Below, piece after piece: positions 23,179 through 34,359 of a stretch of DNA of 64,000 nucleotides. Where the stretch lies: assembly GCA_963921275.4 (NCBI GenBank), contig OZ001293.3, positions 256,001-320,000 on the forward strand. Reading direction: 5' to 3'. The first letter of the stretch is position 1, and every line of letters starts with the position of its first letter. This DNA is from an uncultured Hormoscilla sp. (GTDB taxonomy: Bacteria > Cyanobacteriota > Cyanobacteriia > Cyanobacteriales > Desertifilaceae). Both the position numbers and the translations under genes were made by a program. The notes under the pieces are model-generated. The model was given only the letters and a program-made list of their open reading frames with translations. It searched no databases and had not been told where the DNA came from.

Positions 23179-25224
23179 TCAGAATCTTTCTCCGATGCCA
23201 AAGTGGAGGCGGTTACCCCCGTCGGTACTGAAGCCAAAGTCTACCCGAATTGGTCCTAAAGGAGACTGAATGCGCACCCCGAGACCGATGCCAGCACCAG
23301 TACCTGGCAGGTCTCGAATCTCTGATGGTTCCCCCGGAACGTTACCGCCAGAGCCCAGGTTGCTGCCCACATCCAAGAATAGGGCCCCACCGACGACGGA
23401 GAAGATGGGAAAGCGATATTCGGCTGTGCCTTGGATAAAATAGCGACCGCTGCCTAAATCCCCTTCTGCAAAGCCTCGCACGGAATTACTACCCCCCAGA
23501 ACAAAGGCTTCGTAGGGGGGTAAATCCCCGATGACGGCTCCAGCTTGGAAGTTAAAAGCTAGGGCTTGGGGTCCTTCGGAGAAGTTGGTAAACTTAACGG
23601 GGATGTAGTAGCTATGGCTAGCCCGGAGGCGATTGAGAAAGATATTGCCCAAGCCTATCGGGACCGATTGTTCCATGCTCAACCTGGTCAGAGAACCGCT
23701 AGTGGGCTGAATATTGTCATTGCGCCGATCGCGCACCACCCCCAATTGCAGCAGCACCAGGTCATCCTTGCCATCCTCGCTGAAGGATAAGAGTTCCCCG
23801 TCTTCGCTTTCGGGCTCTAGATCGCCGTCCCGATCGCGAATGGAAACCCGTTGATACTGCAACCCTAAGGATCCGCGCCACTCAGAGTTAAGGGGATCGG
23901 GACCCAGGGGACGGGTAAAGCTGATTCCTCCTCCTAACCGCAGCACTCGGGGGCGATCGCCATTATCCAGTTCGATCTCATTTTTCTCTCCATCAAACAC
24001 CAGGGATATGGACTGGCGTCGGAACAGATTTGCCGTATAAGAGGTGCGATTCTTGTCTCCTGCGATCCAGGGGTCTGTAAAGCTGAGGTCGAACAGCAAC
24101 TCCCGGGTGCCTACCTGGGCCTCGGCCCGCAAGTTCTGGTTATTTCCCCCCAGGTTGTTCTCCTGATAGCTGACCGAACCAAACAACCCGCTAGCAGAAC
24201 TAATCCCTGCACCTGCCGCGATCGATCCTGTATTCCCCTCCTGCACGTTTAGCACCACCACTACCTTGGAGGGGTCAACTCCGGGATTTAATTCGATCAA
24301 CACATCTTCAAAAATCCCTAAACCAAACACCCGCTGTAAATCCGCCTCCACCCGATCGCTATTAAACAGTTTTCCCGGCTCTAGTTGCAACTCCCGAGTG
24401 ATAATAAATTCCCGCGTCTTGCCCGCGATCGGTTGGCCCTCTTCATCAGTAGCTTCTCCATCTTGGTTCAGGAAACGGATTTGGATATCTTCTATCACCC
24501 CTTCTGTTACGATCAGGGTGACCGTACCATCAGCTGCCACCTGGGGAGAGCCAATTACCTGAGCCAAAACATAACCCTGGTCTTGATATCTTTGGTTTAA
24601 GCTTTCGATCCCTTCCTGTAGCTGTCCCAGATTCAATATCGAACCGTATTGAGAGCTAAAAATCTCCTCAACTACCTCTGGTCCCAGCACCGACGGCACT
24701 TCACCTTGATTTGCGGCCACTCGCACTTGTCTGAGCACGGGGTTAGGTTGCACTACAAAAGTCACCTGCACACCCAAGGGGGTATCTTTTGGTATTGCTT
24801 GCACCTTGGCAAAAAATCCTGTAGCAAAGATAACGTTAATATCTGCTTGTAGCTGGCTGCGGGTGGTGGTCCGTCCCGGTCGAGTGCTAATTACCTGGTA
24901 TACTTCATCTTCCAGTTCCCCTTGTACCCCCCGTACTGCTAATTCTGCCACTAGGACTCGCGGTTCTGCTTGTCCTTCAGCAGGTCTTTGCCCCACTTTC
25001 CCGTCTGGGAACGACAACAATGCTGTGGCCTCGATGTCTCCGGAGTAGTGCGAGTAGCGCTCTCCGAAGACATCGAAACGGTCGGAAGCACTAAAGTGCT
25101 TACTACGAACCTTGACAGTTAAATCCTGCTCGGGGGTTTGTCCCCAGGCGTCGGAGTTTACGCCACCGTACCCTACTGTAGCTGAGGCAGTAACTATTGC
25201 TAATAATAAGGGAGAAAAGCGCAT
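23179..25224 (-). CDS. bamA: BamA/Omp85 outer membrane assembly factor
   Basis: POTRA-like N-terminus, SVRGF motif, C-terminal HFGIGERF. Confidence 0.95.
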   Translation of the reverse strand: MRFSPLLLAIVTASATVGYGGVNSDAWGQTPEQDLTVKVRSKHFSASDRFDVFGERYSHYSGDIEATALLSFPDGKVGQRPAEGQAEPRVLVAELAVRGVQGELEDEVYQVISTRPGRTTTRSQLQADINVIFATGFFAKVQAIPKDTPLGVQVTFVVQPNPVLRQVRVAANQGEVPSVLGPEVVEEIFSSQYGSILNLGQLQEGIESLNQRYQDQGYVLAQVIGSPQVAADGTVTLIVTEGVIEDIQIRFLNQDGEATDEEGQPIAGKTREFIITRELQLEPGKLFNSDRVEADLQRVFGLGIFEDVLIELNPGVDPSKVVVVLNVQEGNTGSIAAGAGISSASGLFGSVSYQENNLGGNNQNLRAEAQVGTRELLFDLSFTDPWIAGDKNRTSYTANLFRRQSISLVFDGEKNEIELDNGDRPRVLRLGGGISFTRPLGPDPLNSEWRGSLGLQYQRVSIRDRDGDLEPESEDGELLSFSEDGKDDLVLLQLGVVRDRRNDNIQPTSGSLTRLSMEQSVPIGLGNIFLNRLRASHSYYIPVKFTNFSEGPQALAFNFQAGAVIGDLPPYEAFVLGGSNSVRGFAEGDLGSGRYFIQGTAEYRFPIFSVVGGALFLDVGSNLGSGGNVPGEPSEIRDLPGTGAGIGLGVRIQSPLGPIRVDFGFSTDGGNRLHFGIGERF
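25033..25077 (-). repeat. 45-nt hairpin element in frame in bamA
   Basis: TTCGATGTCTTCGGAGAGCGCTACTCGCACTACTCCGGAGACATC encodes FDVFGERYSHYSGDI. Confidence 0.9.
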
Positions 25225-25286
25225 TGTTTTCACGTTTATACCCACACCGCATTTGATAGTCTGACAACTCAAGTCATTTTACTGCC

Positions 25287-26051
25287 TCACTTTACTCCAG
25301 CATCTCCCTCGATCGGGGCAGCGCAGCGTGTGGTAGCCAAAACTCTTTGGAGAACCTGCTGATATGCTGCCTCTACATTTGGCAAATCCTGGCGGAACCG
25401 GTCTTTATCCATTACTCGCTGGTTCGGGTCTGTGGTGCTATTATCCCACAAACGACAGGTGTCAGGGCTGATTTCATCTGCCAACAGCAATTGCTGCTGT
25501 TTATCTAGACCAAATTCTAGTTTGAAGTCTACTAGAGTTAGACCGCACGAGGCGAAAAATTTTGACAGGTATGAATTGATCTGCAATGATAACCGACGGA
25601 TCTCCTCTAATTGATCTGGTGTTGCCAGTTCCAGCAATAATAGCCGATCACGCGTCAACAACGGGTCTCCCAGAGCATCGTTTTTATAGCAGTATTCTAC
25701 CAGGGGCTGGTCAAGCTTCATCCCCAAAGGCAATCCTGTCTGCTTGCAGAGGCTGCCAGCTGCTATGTTGCGCAGGATCACTTCTACTGGCAGGATCTGC
25801 AAGGCGCGGATGCGCATTGAGTTGGGGGTCGGCCTGTCTAGATAATGAGTCTGGATGCCTTGGGCTGCTAGCAGACTAAATAGCTGGCTGGAAATGCCGC
25901 AGTTGATTTCTCCTTTACCGGCGATCGTCCCCCGCTTTTGGGCGTTAAAGGCGGTAGCGTCGTCCTTAAAGTAGGCCAGGAGAATCCTTGGATCCTCGGT
26001 CCTATATAGGATCTTGGCTTTGCCTTCATACAGCTGTTGACTGTCAGTCAT
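25287..26051 (-). CDS. purC: SAICAR synthetase
   Basis: LYEGKAK, FKDDATAFN, DFKLEFG, ADEISPDTCRLWD, DKDRFR. Confidence 0.98.
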   Translation of the reverse strand: MTDSQQLYEGKAKILYRTEDPRILLAYFKDDATAFNAQKRGTIAGKGEINCGISSQLFSLLAAQGIQTHYLDRPTPNSMRIRALQILPVEVILRNIAAGSLCKQTGLPLGMKLDQPLVEYCYKNDALGDPLLTRDRLLLLELATPDQLEEIRRLSLQINSYLSKFFASCGLTLVDFKLEFGLDKQQQLLLADEISPDTCRLWDNSTTDPNQRVMDKDRFRQDLPNVEAAYQQVLQRVLATTRCAAPIEGDAGVK

Positions 26052-26120
26052 GGTTGGTGGGTATGAGTGAGGTTCTCCCTTATTTTGCTACAATTATTAG
26101 CTGCCACAAAATTAAGAGTC

Positions 26121-26165
26121 GATGTCCCCCGGGTAGTGCGAGTAGAGCTCCCGGGGGACATCGAA
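26121..26165 (-). repeat. 45-nt hairpin element in the ilvC 5' region
   Basis: Arms GATGTCCCCCGGG/CCCGGGGGACATC around TAGTGCGAGTAGAGCT. Confidence 0.9.
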
Positions 26166-26189
26166 AGTCAAATCTCAGGAGATGGACCT

Positions 26190-27185
26190 ATGGCTCGTAT
26201 GTACTATGATGCTGATGCTAACTTGGACTTGTTAGCTAAGAAAAAAATTGCCATAATTGGTTATGGTTCCCAAGGACATGCCCATGCCCTGAATCTGAAA
26301 GACAGTGGGATGGATGTTATGGTGGGACTATATCCGGGTAGTAAATCTCAGGCCAAGGCGGAAGCAGCAGGCTTAAAAGTCCTGGCAGTGGCCGAGGCGG
26401 CGGCAGCAGCTGACTTGATGACGATCCTGTTGCCCGATGAGGTGCAAAAGAAAGTCTATACTAACGAAATTTCCCCCCATCTGACGGCAGGTAAGACCCT
26501 GGCCTTTGCCCACGGGTTTAATATTCATTTTGGTCAGGTGGTTCCCCCACCCGAGGTGGATGTAATCATGGTGGCACCGAAGGGCCCCGGTCATCTGGTG
26601 CGCCGCACCTACGAACAGGGTGAAGGGGTTCCCTGTCTGTTTGCTGTCTATCAGGATGCCACGGGACAAGCACGGGATATGGCTATGGCCTATGCTAAGG
26701 GCATCGGCGGCACTCGCGGCGGCATCCTGGAAACGACTTTCCGCGAAGAAACGGAAACAGATTTGTTTGGGGAACAGGCGGTCCTTTGCGGCGGCTTGAG
26801 TGCTTTAATCAAGGCAGGCTTTGAAACCCTAGTGACCGCTGGCTATCAGCCGGAGTTGGCCTATTTTGAATGTCTCCATGAGGTGAAGCTGATTGTGGAT
26901 TTGGTCGTGGAAGGGGGATTGGCCAAGATGCGCGATAGTATCTCTAATACGGCTGAGTATGGAGATTACACTCGCGGCCCCCGCATCGTTACTGATGAAA
27001 CTCGCGCGGAAATGCACAAGATTCTCTCGGAAATTCAATCTGGCCAGTTCGCCCGGGAGTTCGTTCTGGAAAATCAAGCTGGAAAACCCGGTTTTACCTC
27101 TATGCGCCGTCAGGAAGCGGAACACCTTATAGAAGAGGTGGGTAAGGACTTGCGGGCCATGTTTAGCTGGTTGAAGAAGGCTTAG
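26190..27185 (+). CDS. ilvC: Ketol-acid reductoisomerase
   Basis: [41 protein letters not shown] upstream. Confidence 0.98.
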   Translation: MARMYYDADANLDLLAKKKIAIIGYGSQGHAHALNLKDSGMDVMVGLYPGSKSQAKAEAAGLKVLAVAEAAAAADLMTILLPDEVQKKVYTNEISPHLTAGKTLAFAHGFNIHFGQVVPPPEVDVIMVAPKGPGHLVRRTYEQGEGVPCLFAVYQDATGQARDMAMAYAKGIGGTRGGILETTFREETETDLFGEQAVLCGGLSALIKAGFETLVTAGYQPELAYFECLHEVKLIVDLVVEGGLAKMRDSISNTAEYGDYTRGPRIVTDETRAEMHKILSEIQSGQFAREFVLENQAGKPGFTSMRRQEAEHLIEEVGKDLRAMFSWLKKA

Positions 27186-27331
27186 TTAGGGTCCGATTTT
27201 TCCGGAACGGTTCTCCAGAATGAATTAAGAAACCAGGTTTTTTCTATACGCGGCGCGCGACGCAGGGGCGCTAAAAACCTGGTTTCTGGGCAAAAGAGTG
27301 AATATGGCCGCAGCTTTATTAGGGTTAAAAC

Positions 27332-27660
27332 CATAAATTTGCCGGGAAAAAACCTCGCCATTCAGGTTTTAGACATGAATTTACCGGGAAAAAACCTCGC
27401 CATTCAGGTTTTAGACATGAATTTACCGGGAAAAAACCTCGCCATTCAGGTTTTAGACATAAATTTGCCGGGAAAAAACCTCGCCATTCAGGTTTTAGAC
27501 ATGAATTTATCGGGGAAAAACCTCGCCATTCAGGTTTTAGACATGAATTTATCGGGGAAAAACCTCGCCATTCAGGTTTTAGACATGAATTTGTCGGGAA
27601 AAAACCTCGCCATTCAGGTTTTAGACATGAATTTGTCGGGGAAAAACCTCGCCATTCAGG
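27332..27660. repeat. 42-bp tandem repeat (about 7.8 copies), followed by 13-bp CGCCCCACACCGC repeats to ~27710
   Basis: Unit CATGAATTTRYCGGGRAAAAACCTCGCCATTCAGGTTTTAGA. Confidence 0.95.
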
Positions 27661-27723
27661 CGCCCCCACACCGCCGCCCCACACCGCCGCCCCACACCGC
27701 CGCCCCACCCTAAAGGGATGGGG

Positions 27724-27975
27724 CTACATTACAAAGTCCGCCTGGGCGGGCTTTCCATCAGTTTTCACCCCGGAAGCACTAAAGTGCTTACTACGAACGG
27801 GTTGGATTTTTGGCCTCCAGTCGGGAATTAGTTCCATCATCGCTTCGTTTAAGCTAGTGCGCGTCTTCAGGCTTGCTGGTCCTAGGGGTTCGGGTAGGAA
27901 GCGATCGCCCAAAAACACGAACAGTAAGAACAGGATTGTCAGTACTGCCGCCCCTGATGTGATAGCGTGTTTCAT
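27724..27975 (-). CDS. Small membrane-anchored hypothetical protein with a repeat-derived C-terminus
   Basis: TM segment then GDRFLPEPLG; VRSKHFSAS peptide also found in bamA. Confidence 0.6.
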   Translation of the reverse strand: MKHAITSGAAVLTILFLLFVFLGDRFLPEPLGPASLKTRTSLNEAMMELIPDWRPKIQPVRSKHFSASGVKTDGKPAQADFVM

Positions 27976-28176
27976 GGTTGCGTGAGTCTATCTGACGAAT
28001 AAACTATATCTATATTGCCCAAACTGAAACCGAGATTGCGCTGCGCGCACGCTACGCGATCGCACAAGCAGAATTGACATCGACGGATAGATTCTTGATA
28101 TAATTGGATTTTAGTCGGTTAAACTCAGATTGTCCCCATCCCGATCTCGGGATGCAAAATGGGAGCATGTCAACTT

Positions 28177-28315
28177 GATATGTCTCCGCGATGTGCATCG
28201 CACATCGGGAGCAGTGCGAGTATGATGTCTTGGGGTTAGTGCGCCTATCGCGTAGCGTGGCGCAGCCATGGGCGTCCCCCTCTGGGAGGACATCAAGCTC
28301 TCCGGAGACATCGAA
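28177..28315 (-). repeat. Multiply nested 45-nt-family / small dispersed repeat composite
   Basis: Outer TTCGATGTCTCCGGAGAG, inner CTTGATGTC...AAGACATC carrying a GCGTAGCGTGGCGCAGCCA repeat. Confidence 0.65.
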
Positions 28316-28420
28316 AGCTTTGACGATTTTGCGCGAAATGCGCGATCGGGGTGTAGTCTGAGATGGAGGGGCATCGGACGATTATGCTTACTTGGTAACC
28401 ACAGACCCGAAAGATTCTCC

Positions 28421-28533
28421 GGCGTTGCACAATCACGGGATGATGGGTCTCTTTGCATAAGTCTTAAACGTATACTATAAGCCACTTTTAGTTATGTGCA
28501 AACAATGGCATCATCCCCAAAATGTGCAACGCA
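28421..28533. mobile_element. 113-bp MITE
   Basis: TIR GGCGTTGCAC; TSD GATTCTCC. Confidence 0.9.
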
Positions 28534-29093
28534 GATTCTCCTTTGAGTTAGAAGACTCTGGGGAAAAGGAAGAGGATGATGATGATTTCGAGGATGATAT
28601 TTCTCTGGCAGAACAGGTGGCAAGAGAATGGGGTTTAGAGGTGATTGAACCCTGAAATTGCTCATCCATACCCTTGATATCAAATTCGGGTAATTGCACA
28701 TACTTCCCGATCCCCCCCAGCCCCCCGTGGCAATTGGGGGGGAGATCGAAACTCCCCCCCCCAACTTAGCGCTTACCATTACTCACATAATTCAAAACAA
28801 TCTTGAAAGCCTTATGGTGCAAGGGTTTCGATGCTTAACATTGGCTTGGGGATTGACGAATTTGCCCCTCTCTTTCTTGATAAATCCTTCAATTTATTGA
28901 GAATTACTCACCAGGAAATAATCAGGGAAACCCTATCAATTTGTTATATTTGTGAATAGATGTATAAAGATAGCCAAGAGCGATTGTCTATTGTGACATT
29001 CTCCCCCCCTCTGGGGGCTCCCCCACTTCATTAACCACTCCCCCCCCAGAGGGGGCTCCCCCACTCCCTGACAAATGTTAAGAAATATGTGAG

Positions 29094-29214
29094 GGCGTTG
29101 CACTTCGGACAGGATGATGGGTCTCTTTGCATAAGTCTTAAACATAGACTATAAGCCAATTTCAGTAGCGTAGCTTGTGTAAACAATGGCATCATCCCCA
29201 AAATGTGCAACGCC
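29094..29214. mobile_element. 113-bp MITE family copy carrying an 8-nt insertion
   Basis: TIR GGCGTTGCAC/GTGCAACGCC; TSD TATGTGAG. Confidence 0.9.
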
Positions 29215-29329
29215 TATGTGAGTAAGGCATAGCAACTTACGGGGGGCTGGGGGGATCCCTTTTTACTGTGGTCGCTCAAACGGATCTGATATGATTAGAT
29301 GAGCAAGCAAGTAAAGACTTTAGTCTTTA

Positions 29330-30733
29330 CTACAAACCCCTTTGCGAACTTGGGCGATCGGGCCAAGGTTGAGCAGCTTCAATTTGGGCTGCCAAAGAGA
29401 TCAGAGTAGTTTCCGCAGCGGTGCGTCCCACTAATTGGACTCCAATGGGTAAACCATTGGAGTCCAAGCCAACGGGAATAGTGATAGCAGGTTGTCCAGT
29501 AGCATTAAAGGGAGGACAGGGGGCGATCCAATTAATTACCCGTTGGATAATTTCTTCGGGACTGAAGGCCCCCCACTCGCCAATTTTCATTGGCCCATGC
29601 AGATACACGGGTAAAACCAACACATCCACATCTGAGAAAAAAGCTACGATCGATCGGGCGACAGACTGCATCTTCGATACAGCCTGTAGGTACTCTCCAG
29701 CATCACAAGTTTGCTCCAACAGCCAACAATTAACCGGATCGTTTAGCAATTCCTCGGGAATACTGGCAGCAGCAATCCCGGACTGCCAAACCCTAGTAAA
29801 AGGAGCAATCAATTCACTAAAATCAGGACAACCAGGTGTAACCGCGTGACCCAGATCTGCCAGCAGTCTGGCAGTTGACAAGACTGCCTGGGAGTAGTCA
29901 CTAGATGCCTCGCCGATGGGTGGTATAGTAGTGCTAAAGGCAATGCGCAAAGATCCTACGGTCGAACGGGCCGCTTCGGCGAAAGCAATTTCCGGATCGG
30001 GTAACCAATAGGGGTCCCCAGTCATGTAGCCCGCGATCGTATCTAGCATCGCCGCCGCATCAGCAACAGTGCGGGCGATCGGACCGGCGATGGCAATACC
30101 GCTGAGTCTATCCCCCACAGGTGCATGAGAAACCCGACCGCGAGAGGGTTTCAAACCTACTAAACCACAGCAAGCAGCGGGAATGCGAAGAGAACCACCG
30201 CCATCAGAACCATGGGCGATCGGGCAAAGTCCAGCGGCCACTGCCGTCCCTGACCCACCACTGGAGCCACCGGAAGTATAATCAGCATGCCAGGGATTGC
30301 GAGTCGGAGGGAAGCCTGGGGGTTCAGTAAAAGGTAGGGTCCCCAGTTGAGAAGTCGCCGTTTTCCCCAGAATAATAAATCCCGCTTGACGCAGGCGCGT
30401 GACTATTCCCCAATCGTAGCTTGCTGGCTTTTCTTCCATTAATGCTCGTACCCCGTAGCTGCAAGGCACGCCTGCAACCGGTATCAAATCTTTAATCCCG
30501 ATCGGCACCCCAAAGAAAGGTGGCAGTTCGGAGGAGTTTTGAGTTACAATCTCACTTTTAGCGCGAGCATCCGCGATCGCCTGTTCTGCCATTACAGTCA
30601 CATATGCACCCAGCTGGCCATCCAGCTGCTGGATGCGTTGCAAGTAAAGTTCCACCAAATCCACTGGCGACACTTCTTTTGTGCGAACTAGACGCGCTTG
30701 TTCTAAAGCTGGGGTAAAAGCTAAATCTGTCAT
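29330..30733 (-). CDS. Amidase signature family protein
   Basis: [27 protein letters not shown]. Confidence 0.95.
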   Translation of the reverse strand: MTDLAFTPALEQARLVRTKEVSPVDLVELYLQRIQQLDGQLGAYVTVMAEQAIADARAKSEIVTQNSSELPPFFGVPIGIKDLIPVAGVPCSYGVRALMEEKPASYDWGIVTRLRQAGFIILGKTATSQLGTLPFTEPPGFPPTRNPWHADYTSGGSSGGSGTAVAAGLCPIAHGSDGGGSLRIPAACCGLVGLKPSRGRVSHAPVGDRLSGIAIAGPIARTVADAAAMLDTIAGYMTGDPYWLPDPEIAFAEAARSTVGSLRIAFSTTIPPIGEASSDYSQAVLSTARLLADLGHAVTPGCPDFSELIAPFTRVWQSGIAAASIPEELLNDPVNCWLLEQTCDAGEYLQAVSKMQSVARSIVAFFSDVDVLVLPVYLHGPMKIGEWGAFSPEEIIQRVINWIAPCPPFNATGQPAITIPVGLDSNGLPIGVQLVGRTAAETTLISLAAQIEAAQPWPDRPSSQRGL

Positions 30734-30787
30734 TTGTTAATTGTTAGTAGCGTAGCTTGTAGGGCGGGCGGATCGCCTGCCCAGAGG

Positions 30788-31648
30788 TTACCAGTCATCA
30801 GTCACGGCTTCACCAGTCCCCACTGGGGAGCGATCAGTCAAGATATCACAGCCATCAGCCGTCACTAACACGGTATGTTCAAATTGAGCGGACAACTTAT
30901 TATCCATAGTTTCCACAGTCCAGCGGTCTGGCAAAACCCGAGTAAACTTAGAACCAGCATTGACAATAGGTTCGATCGCCAGAGTCATGCCCGGTCGGAG
31001 TTTAACATTAGGTAGGGCGCGGGTGCGGAAATGAAATACAGCCGGTTCTTCATGGAGATTGCGACCCACACCATGACCCGTGAAATTTTCTACCACAGAA
31101 AAGCTATGAGCTCGGACATAGTCCTCGATCGCGCCAGCGATATCCAGCAAATGATTACCTGCTTTTACCTGTTCAATGCCCTGTGAGAGGGCTTCTTGGG
31201 CCACCCGCATCAGTTTAAGCGCTGCTGGTTTGACCTTACCCACAGCAATAGTAATACAGGAATCTCCGTGAAAGCCTTGATAGCAAGCACCCATATCTAC
31301 CTTTAACAGGTCTCCAGAACGCAGAACCTTCTTAGGAGAAGGGATACCATGGACCACTTGATTGTTCACGCAGACGCAGATGGAAGCCGGGAAACCGTGG
31401 TAACCTTTAAAGCTAGGGGTAGCACCCATTTCCCTGATGCGCTTTTCCCCATAGGCATCCAAGTCAGCGGTAGTCATTCCTGGTCTGGCAATTTCCGAGA
31501 TTTCCTGGAGTACCGTTGCTACAATCTTCCCGCTAGTGCGCATGATGGCGATTTCCGAGGGTGACTTGGTCTCAATTCTACGCCCTTTTGTGCTCAAGCG
31601 CGTCTCCCCAGAGGCTCTCGAAAACAGATTGGCAAAAATATTTTTCAT
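30788..31648 (-). CDS. map: Type I methionine aminopeptidase
   Basis: VVHGIP, HGD, GHGVG, LHEEP, AIEP, SAQFEHT. Confidence 0.97.
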   Translation of the reverse strand: MKNIFANLFSRASGETRLSTKGRRIETKSPSEIAIMRTSGKIVATVLQEISEIARPGMTTADLDAYGEKRIREMGATPSFKGYHGFPASICVCVNNQVVHGIPSPKKVLRSGDLLKVDMGACYQGFHGDSCITIAVGKVKPAALKLMRVAQEALSQGIEQVKAGNHLLDIAGAIEDYVRAHSFSVVENFTGHGVGRNLHEEPAVFHFRTRALPNVKLRPGMTLAIEPIVNAGSKFTRVLPDRWTVETMDNKLSAQFEHTVLVTADGCDILTDRSPVGTGEAVTDDW

Positions 31649-31828
31649 CCGGTCAGGCTTACGTTAAGTTATATTGAATATTGTAAACTTATAATTAGAA
31701 GGATACCCCAGATCTGCCCTCACCCAGTCCCATGACAGCTGATGTTGCCTGTCGGACCCGGCGAAAATATACCTTGACAGGAGTGGTACAATATCTTAAC
31801 TCTGTGTCAAAGGATATTTTGAAGCGCT

Positions 31829-31965
31829 AAGGGACTTCCAAATAAAAAAATCACCAATCTCTGAGCAGAGAGCAGGGAGCAGAGAGCAGGGAGTAGGGAG
31901 CAGGAGGAGTAAAAAAAAGCAGGTCAACTCCTTAAATTGGAGAATTTATTTTTTGCAGTTCCCTA
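31829..31965. mobile_element. MITE with internal heptamer repeats
   Basis: Imperfect TIR AGGGACTTCCAAATAAAAAA / TTTATTTTTTGCAGTTCCCT; flanking AAGCGCT on both sides. Confidence 0.7.
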
Positions 31966-32000
31966 AAGCGCTGACTACAAACCAATCACCGAAAGCAAGT

Positions 32001-33767
32001 ATGAATAAATTTGACTGGCAATTATGGAAGAAGTTTTTGGCGATCGCCAAACCATACTGGTTTTCAGAGGAAAAATGGGGTGCGCGGGGTATACTAGCGC
32101 TGTTGCTGCTGCTGTCCTTATCAGTCAGCGGACTGAACGTGTTAATTAGCTTCGTCGGTCGCATATTCCAAAATGCCCTAGTGGAGAAAAACTCAGAAGA
32201 ATTTTGGAAATATTTGTTTATCTATGCTGGAGTGTTCGTAGTCGGCACTCCCCTCGTGGTAATTTACCGCTATACCAGAGACAAGCTAGGGCTATACTGG
32301 CGAGAATGGCTGACGAAAAGTTTCCTGAACAAATACCTGCAAAATAGAGCCTATTATGAAATTAATGCCACTAAGATCATTGACAACCCAGACCAGCGCA
32401 TATCTCAGGATATAAGATCCTTTACGGTCACGAGTCTGGGATTTTTATTGGTAATTCTGAGTTCCCTCATAGATATGATTTCCTTTACTGGCATTCTCTG
32501 GTCCATTTCTATTCCCCTGACTGTAGTCCTGGTGGGTTATTCTATCTTGGGCACGGTAGTAACGGTTTTGTTTGGTCGCAGACTGATCGGCCTAAACTTC
32601 AATCAGCTGCGCAGAGAAGCAGACTTTCGCTATGGGTTAGTTCACGTGCGCGATCATGCAGAGGCGATCGCCTTCTATCAGGGAGAAGAACAGGAAGGAA
32701 TGCAGTTGAAGTCGAAATTTAAAGAAGTAATCAGCAACTTTAACGCCCTGATCGGTTGGCAGCGAAATCTAGATTTTTTCACCACAGCCTACGGCTATTT
32801 TATCATCATATTACCATCAGTAGTAGTAGCCCCGATGTACTTTGCCGGGGAAATAGATTTTGGGGCCATAAGTCAAGCAGGTTTTGCCTTCTATCAGGTG
32901 TTAGGGGCCCTATCGATCGTAGTCAATCAGTTTGAACAAATAAGTGCCTTTGCTGCCGGGATAAATCGGTTATCAGTGTTTACAGATACCCTGGAAGCAC
33001 AAACAGCACGGAAGCAGATAGAGAGGACAATAGACCTGCAAGAATATTCTCAGTTGTCCCTGGAACATATAACCCTAGAAACGCCGAACCACAAAACTCT
33101 AGTTGCAGACCTGTCGGTGGAGGTGCCAGAGGGCACGGGGATGTTGATTGTCGGTCACAGTGGTGTCGGTAAGAGTTCCTTGCTGCGGGCGATCGCGGGT
33201 TTATGGAACAGTGGGACGGGACGGTTAGTGCGACCCCCCTTAGATGAAATCCTATTTTTGCCCCAGCGCCCTTACATGATCTTAGGAACTCTGCGGGACC
33301 AACTGCTTTACCCTCAAACCGATCGCCATGTCAGCCAGCAGCAATTATGGTGGTTTGTCACGCCCTTAAACCAACTGCTTTACCCTCAAACCGATCGCCA
33401 TGTCACGGACGCGAAACTACAAGCAGTGTTAGAACGAGTGAACTTAGCAGACTTAGCAGAAAGATTGGGAGGATTTGATACTGAGTTAGACTGGGATGAC
33501 GTACTTTCCTTGGGGGAACAACAGCGCCTGGCCTTCGCACGACTGCTGCTGACCAAGGCCCCCTATGCTATTTTGGATGAAGCGACTAGTGCTCTGGATT
33601 TGCAAAACGAAGCCTCACTATACCAGCAGCTGCAAGAGTCGGCCACAACATATATTAGTGTCGGTCACCGTGCTAGCTTGTTAAAGTATCATCAGCTAGT
33701 CCTGGAACTAGAGGGCGATCGGGGATGGCGGGTGATGTCAGCGGCAGAATACGATCCGGGTTCGTAG
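32001..33767 (+). CDS. ABC transporter, fused permease/ATPase (ABCD/YddA-like)
   Basis: DNPDQRI, EADFRYG, GHSGVGKS, LSLGEQQR, ILDEATSALD. Confidence 0.95.
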   Translation: MNKFDWQLWKKFLAIAKPYWFSEEKWGARGILALLLLLSLSVSGLNVLISFVGRIFQNALVEKNSEEFWKYLFIYAGVFVVGTPLVVIYRYTRDKLGLYWREWLTKSFLNKYLQNRAYYEINATKIIDNPDQRISQDIRSFTVTSLGFLLVILSSLIDMISFTGILWSISIPLTVVLVGYSILGTVVTVLFGRRLIGLNFNQLRREADFRYGLVHVRDHAEAIAFYQGEEQEGMQLKSKFKEVISNFNALIGWQRNLDFFTTAYGYFIIILPSVVVAPMYFAGEIDFGAISQAGFAFYQVLGALSIVVNQFEQISAFAAGINRLSVFTDTLEAQTARKQIERTIDLQEYSQLSLEHITLETPNHKTLVADLSVEVPEGTGMLIVGHSGVGKSSLLRAIAGLWNSGTGRLVRPPLDEILFLPQRPYMILGTLRDQLLYPQTDRHVSQQQLWWFVTPLNQLLYPQTDRHVTDAKLQAVLERVNLADLAERLGGFDTELDWDDVLSLGEQQRLAFARLLLTKAPYAILDEATSALDLQNEASLYQQLQESATTYISVGHRASLLKYHQLVLELEGDRGWRVMSAAEYDPGS

Positions 33768-33918
33768 TAAGCACGAAGCGTGCTTCGGAGTTCTGGAGGG
33801 CGATCGCCCCTCCAACCCAAGCTAGACAAATAGGTTATTTCCGATTAATCGTTGTGGACATTTCCTCAAGGTTGGTTGATATCAGTGTAATTCCCAAAAG
33901 ATAAGGTAGAGACAAACC

Positions 33919-34359
33919 GTGGCAGCAAAGGATACTTTTCATGAAACAGTAAAATTAGCCTTGGAGAAAGAAGGATGGAGTATCACCAACGATCCTCTTT
34001 ACATTAATTTTGCTGAAGTTTAATTTTACATCGATTTGGGTGCAGAAATACTCCTGGCAGCAGAGAAAAACAAAGAAAAAATTGCCGTTGAAATAAAAAG
34101 TTTTCTTAATCCTTCCAGAATCTCTGAATTCCACACAGTCCTGGGACAGTACCTTAACTATCCCTTGGCCCTCAAAGCAGTAAATCCAGAGAGAGTCTTG
34201 TATTTAGCTATTCCTCTTGAAATTTACGATACCTTCTTTGCGCGTCGTTAGCGTAGCAGCGTAGCAGCGTAGCGTGTGCAAATGGTTATCCAAGAGTATC
34301 AAGTAAAATTGATTGTATTCGCTCCAGTCAATGAGGAAATTGTGCAATGGCAAAACTAG
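33919..34359 (+). pseudogene. xisH: XisH-family protein with two in-frame stops
   Basis: AKDTFHETVKLALEKEGW, IAVEIKSF, LGQYLNY; TAA at 34021 and TAG at 34249. Confidence 0.9.

Noticed and set aside
26067..26189. N-terminal extension of IlvC
   Set aside because: Open only through the 45-nt element; RBS and conserved MARMYYD start at 26190
27325..27713. CRISPR array or repeat-protein ORFs
   Set aside because: Contiguous 42-bp units with no unique spacers and no cas genes; the ORFs are a by-product of the 3n period
28050..28660. Possible degraded + strand gene ending ...EQVAREWGLEVIEP
   Set aside because: Stops and several insertions; family could not be identified
33298..33405. Minimal CRISPR (36-36-36)
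   Set aside because: The repeat is native coding sequence of the ABC gene; no leader or cas genes
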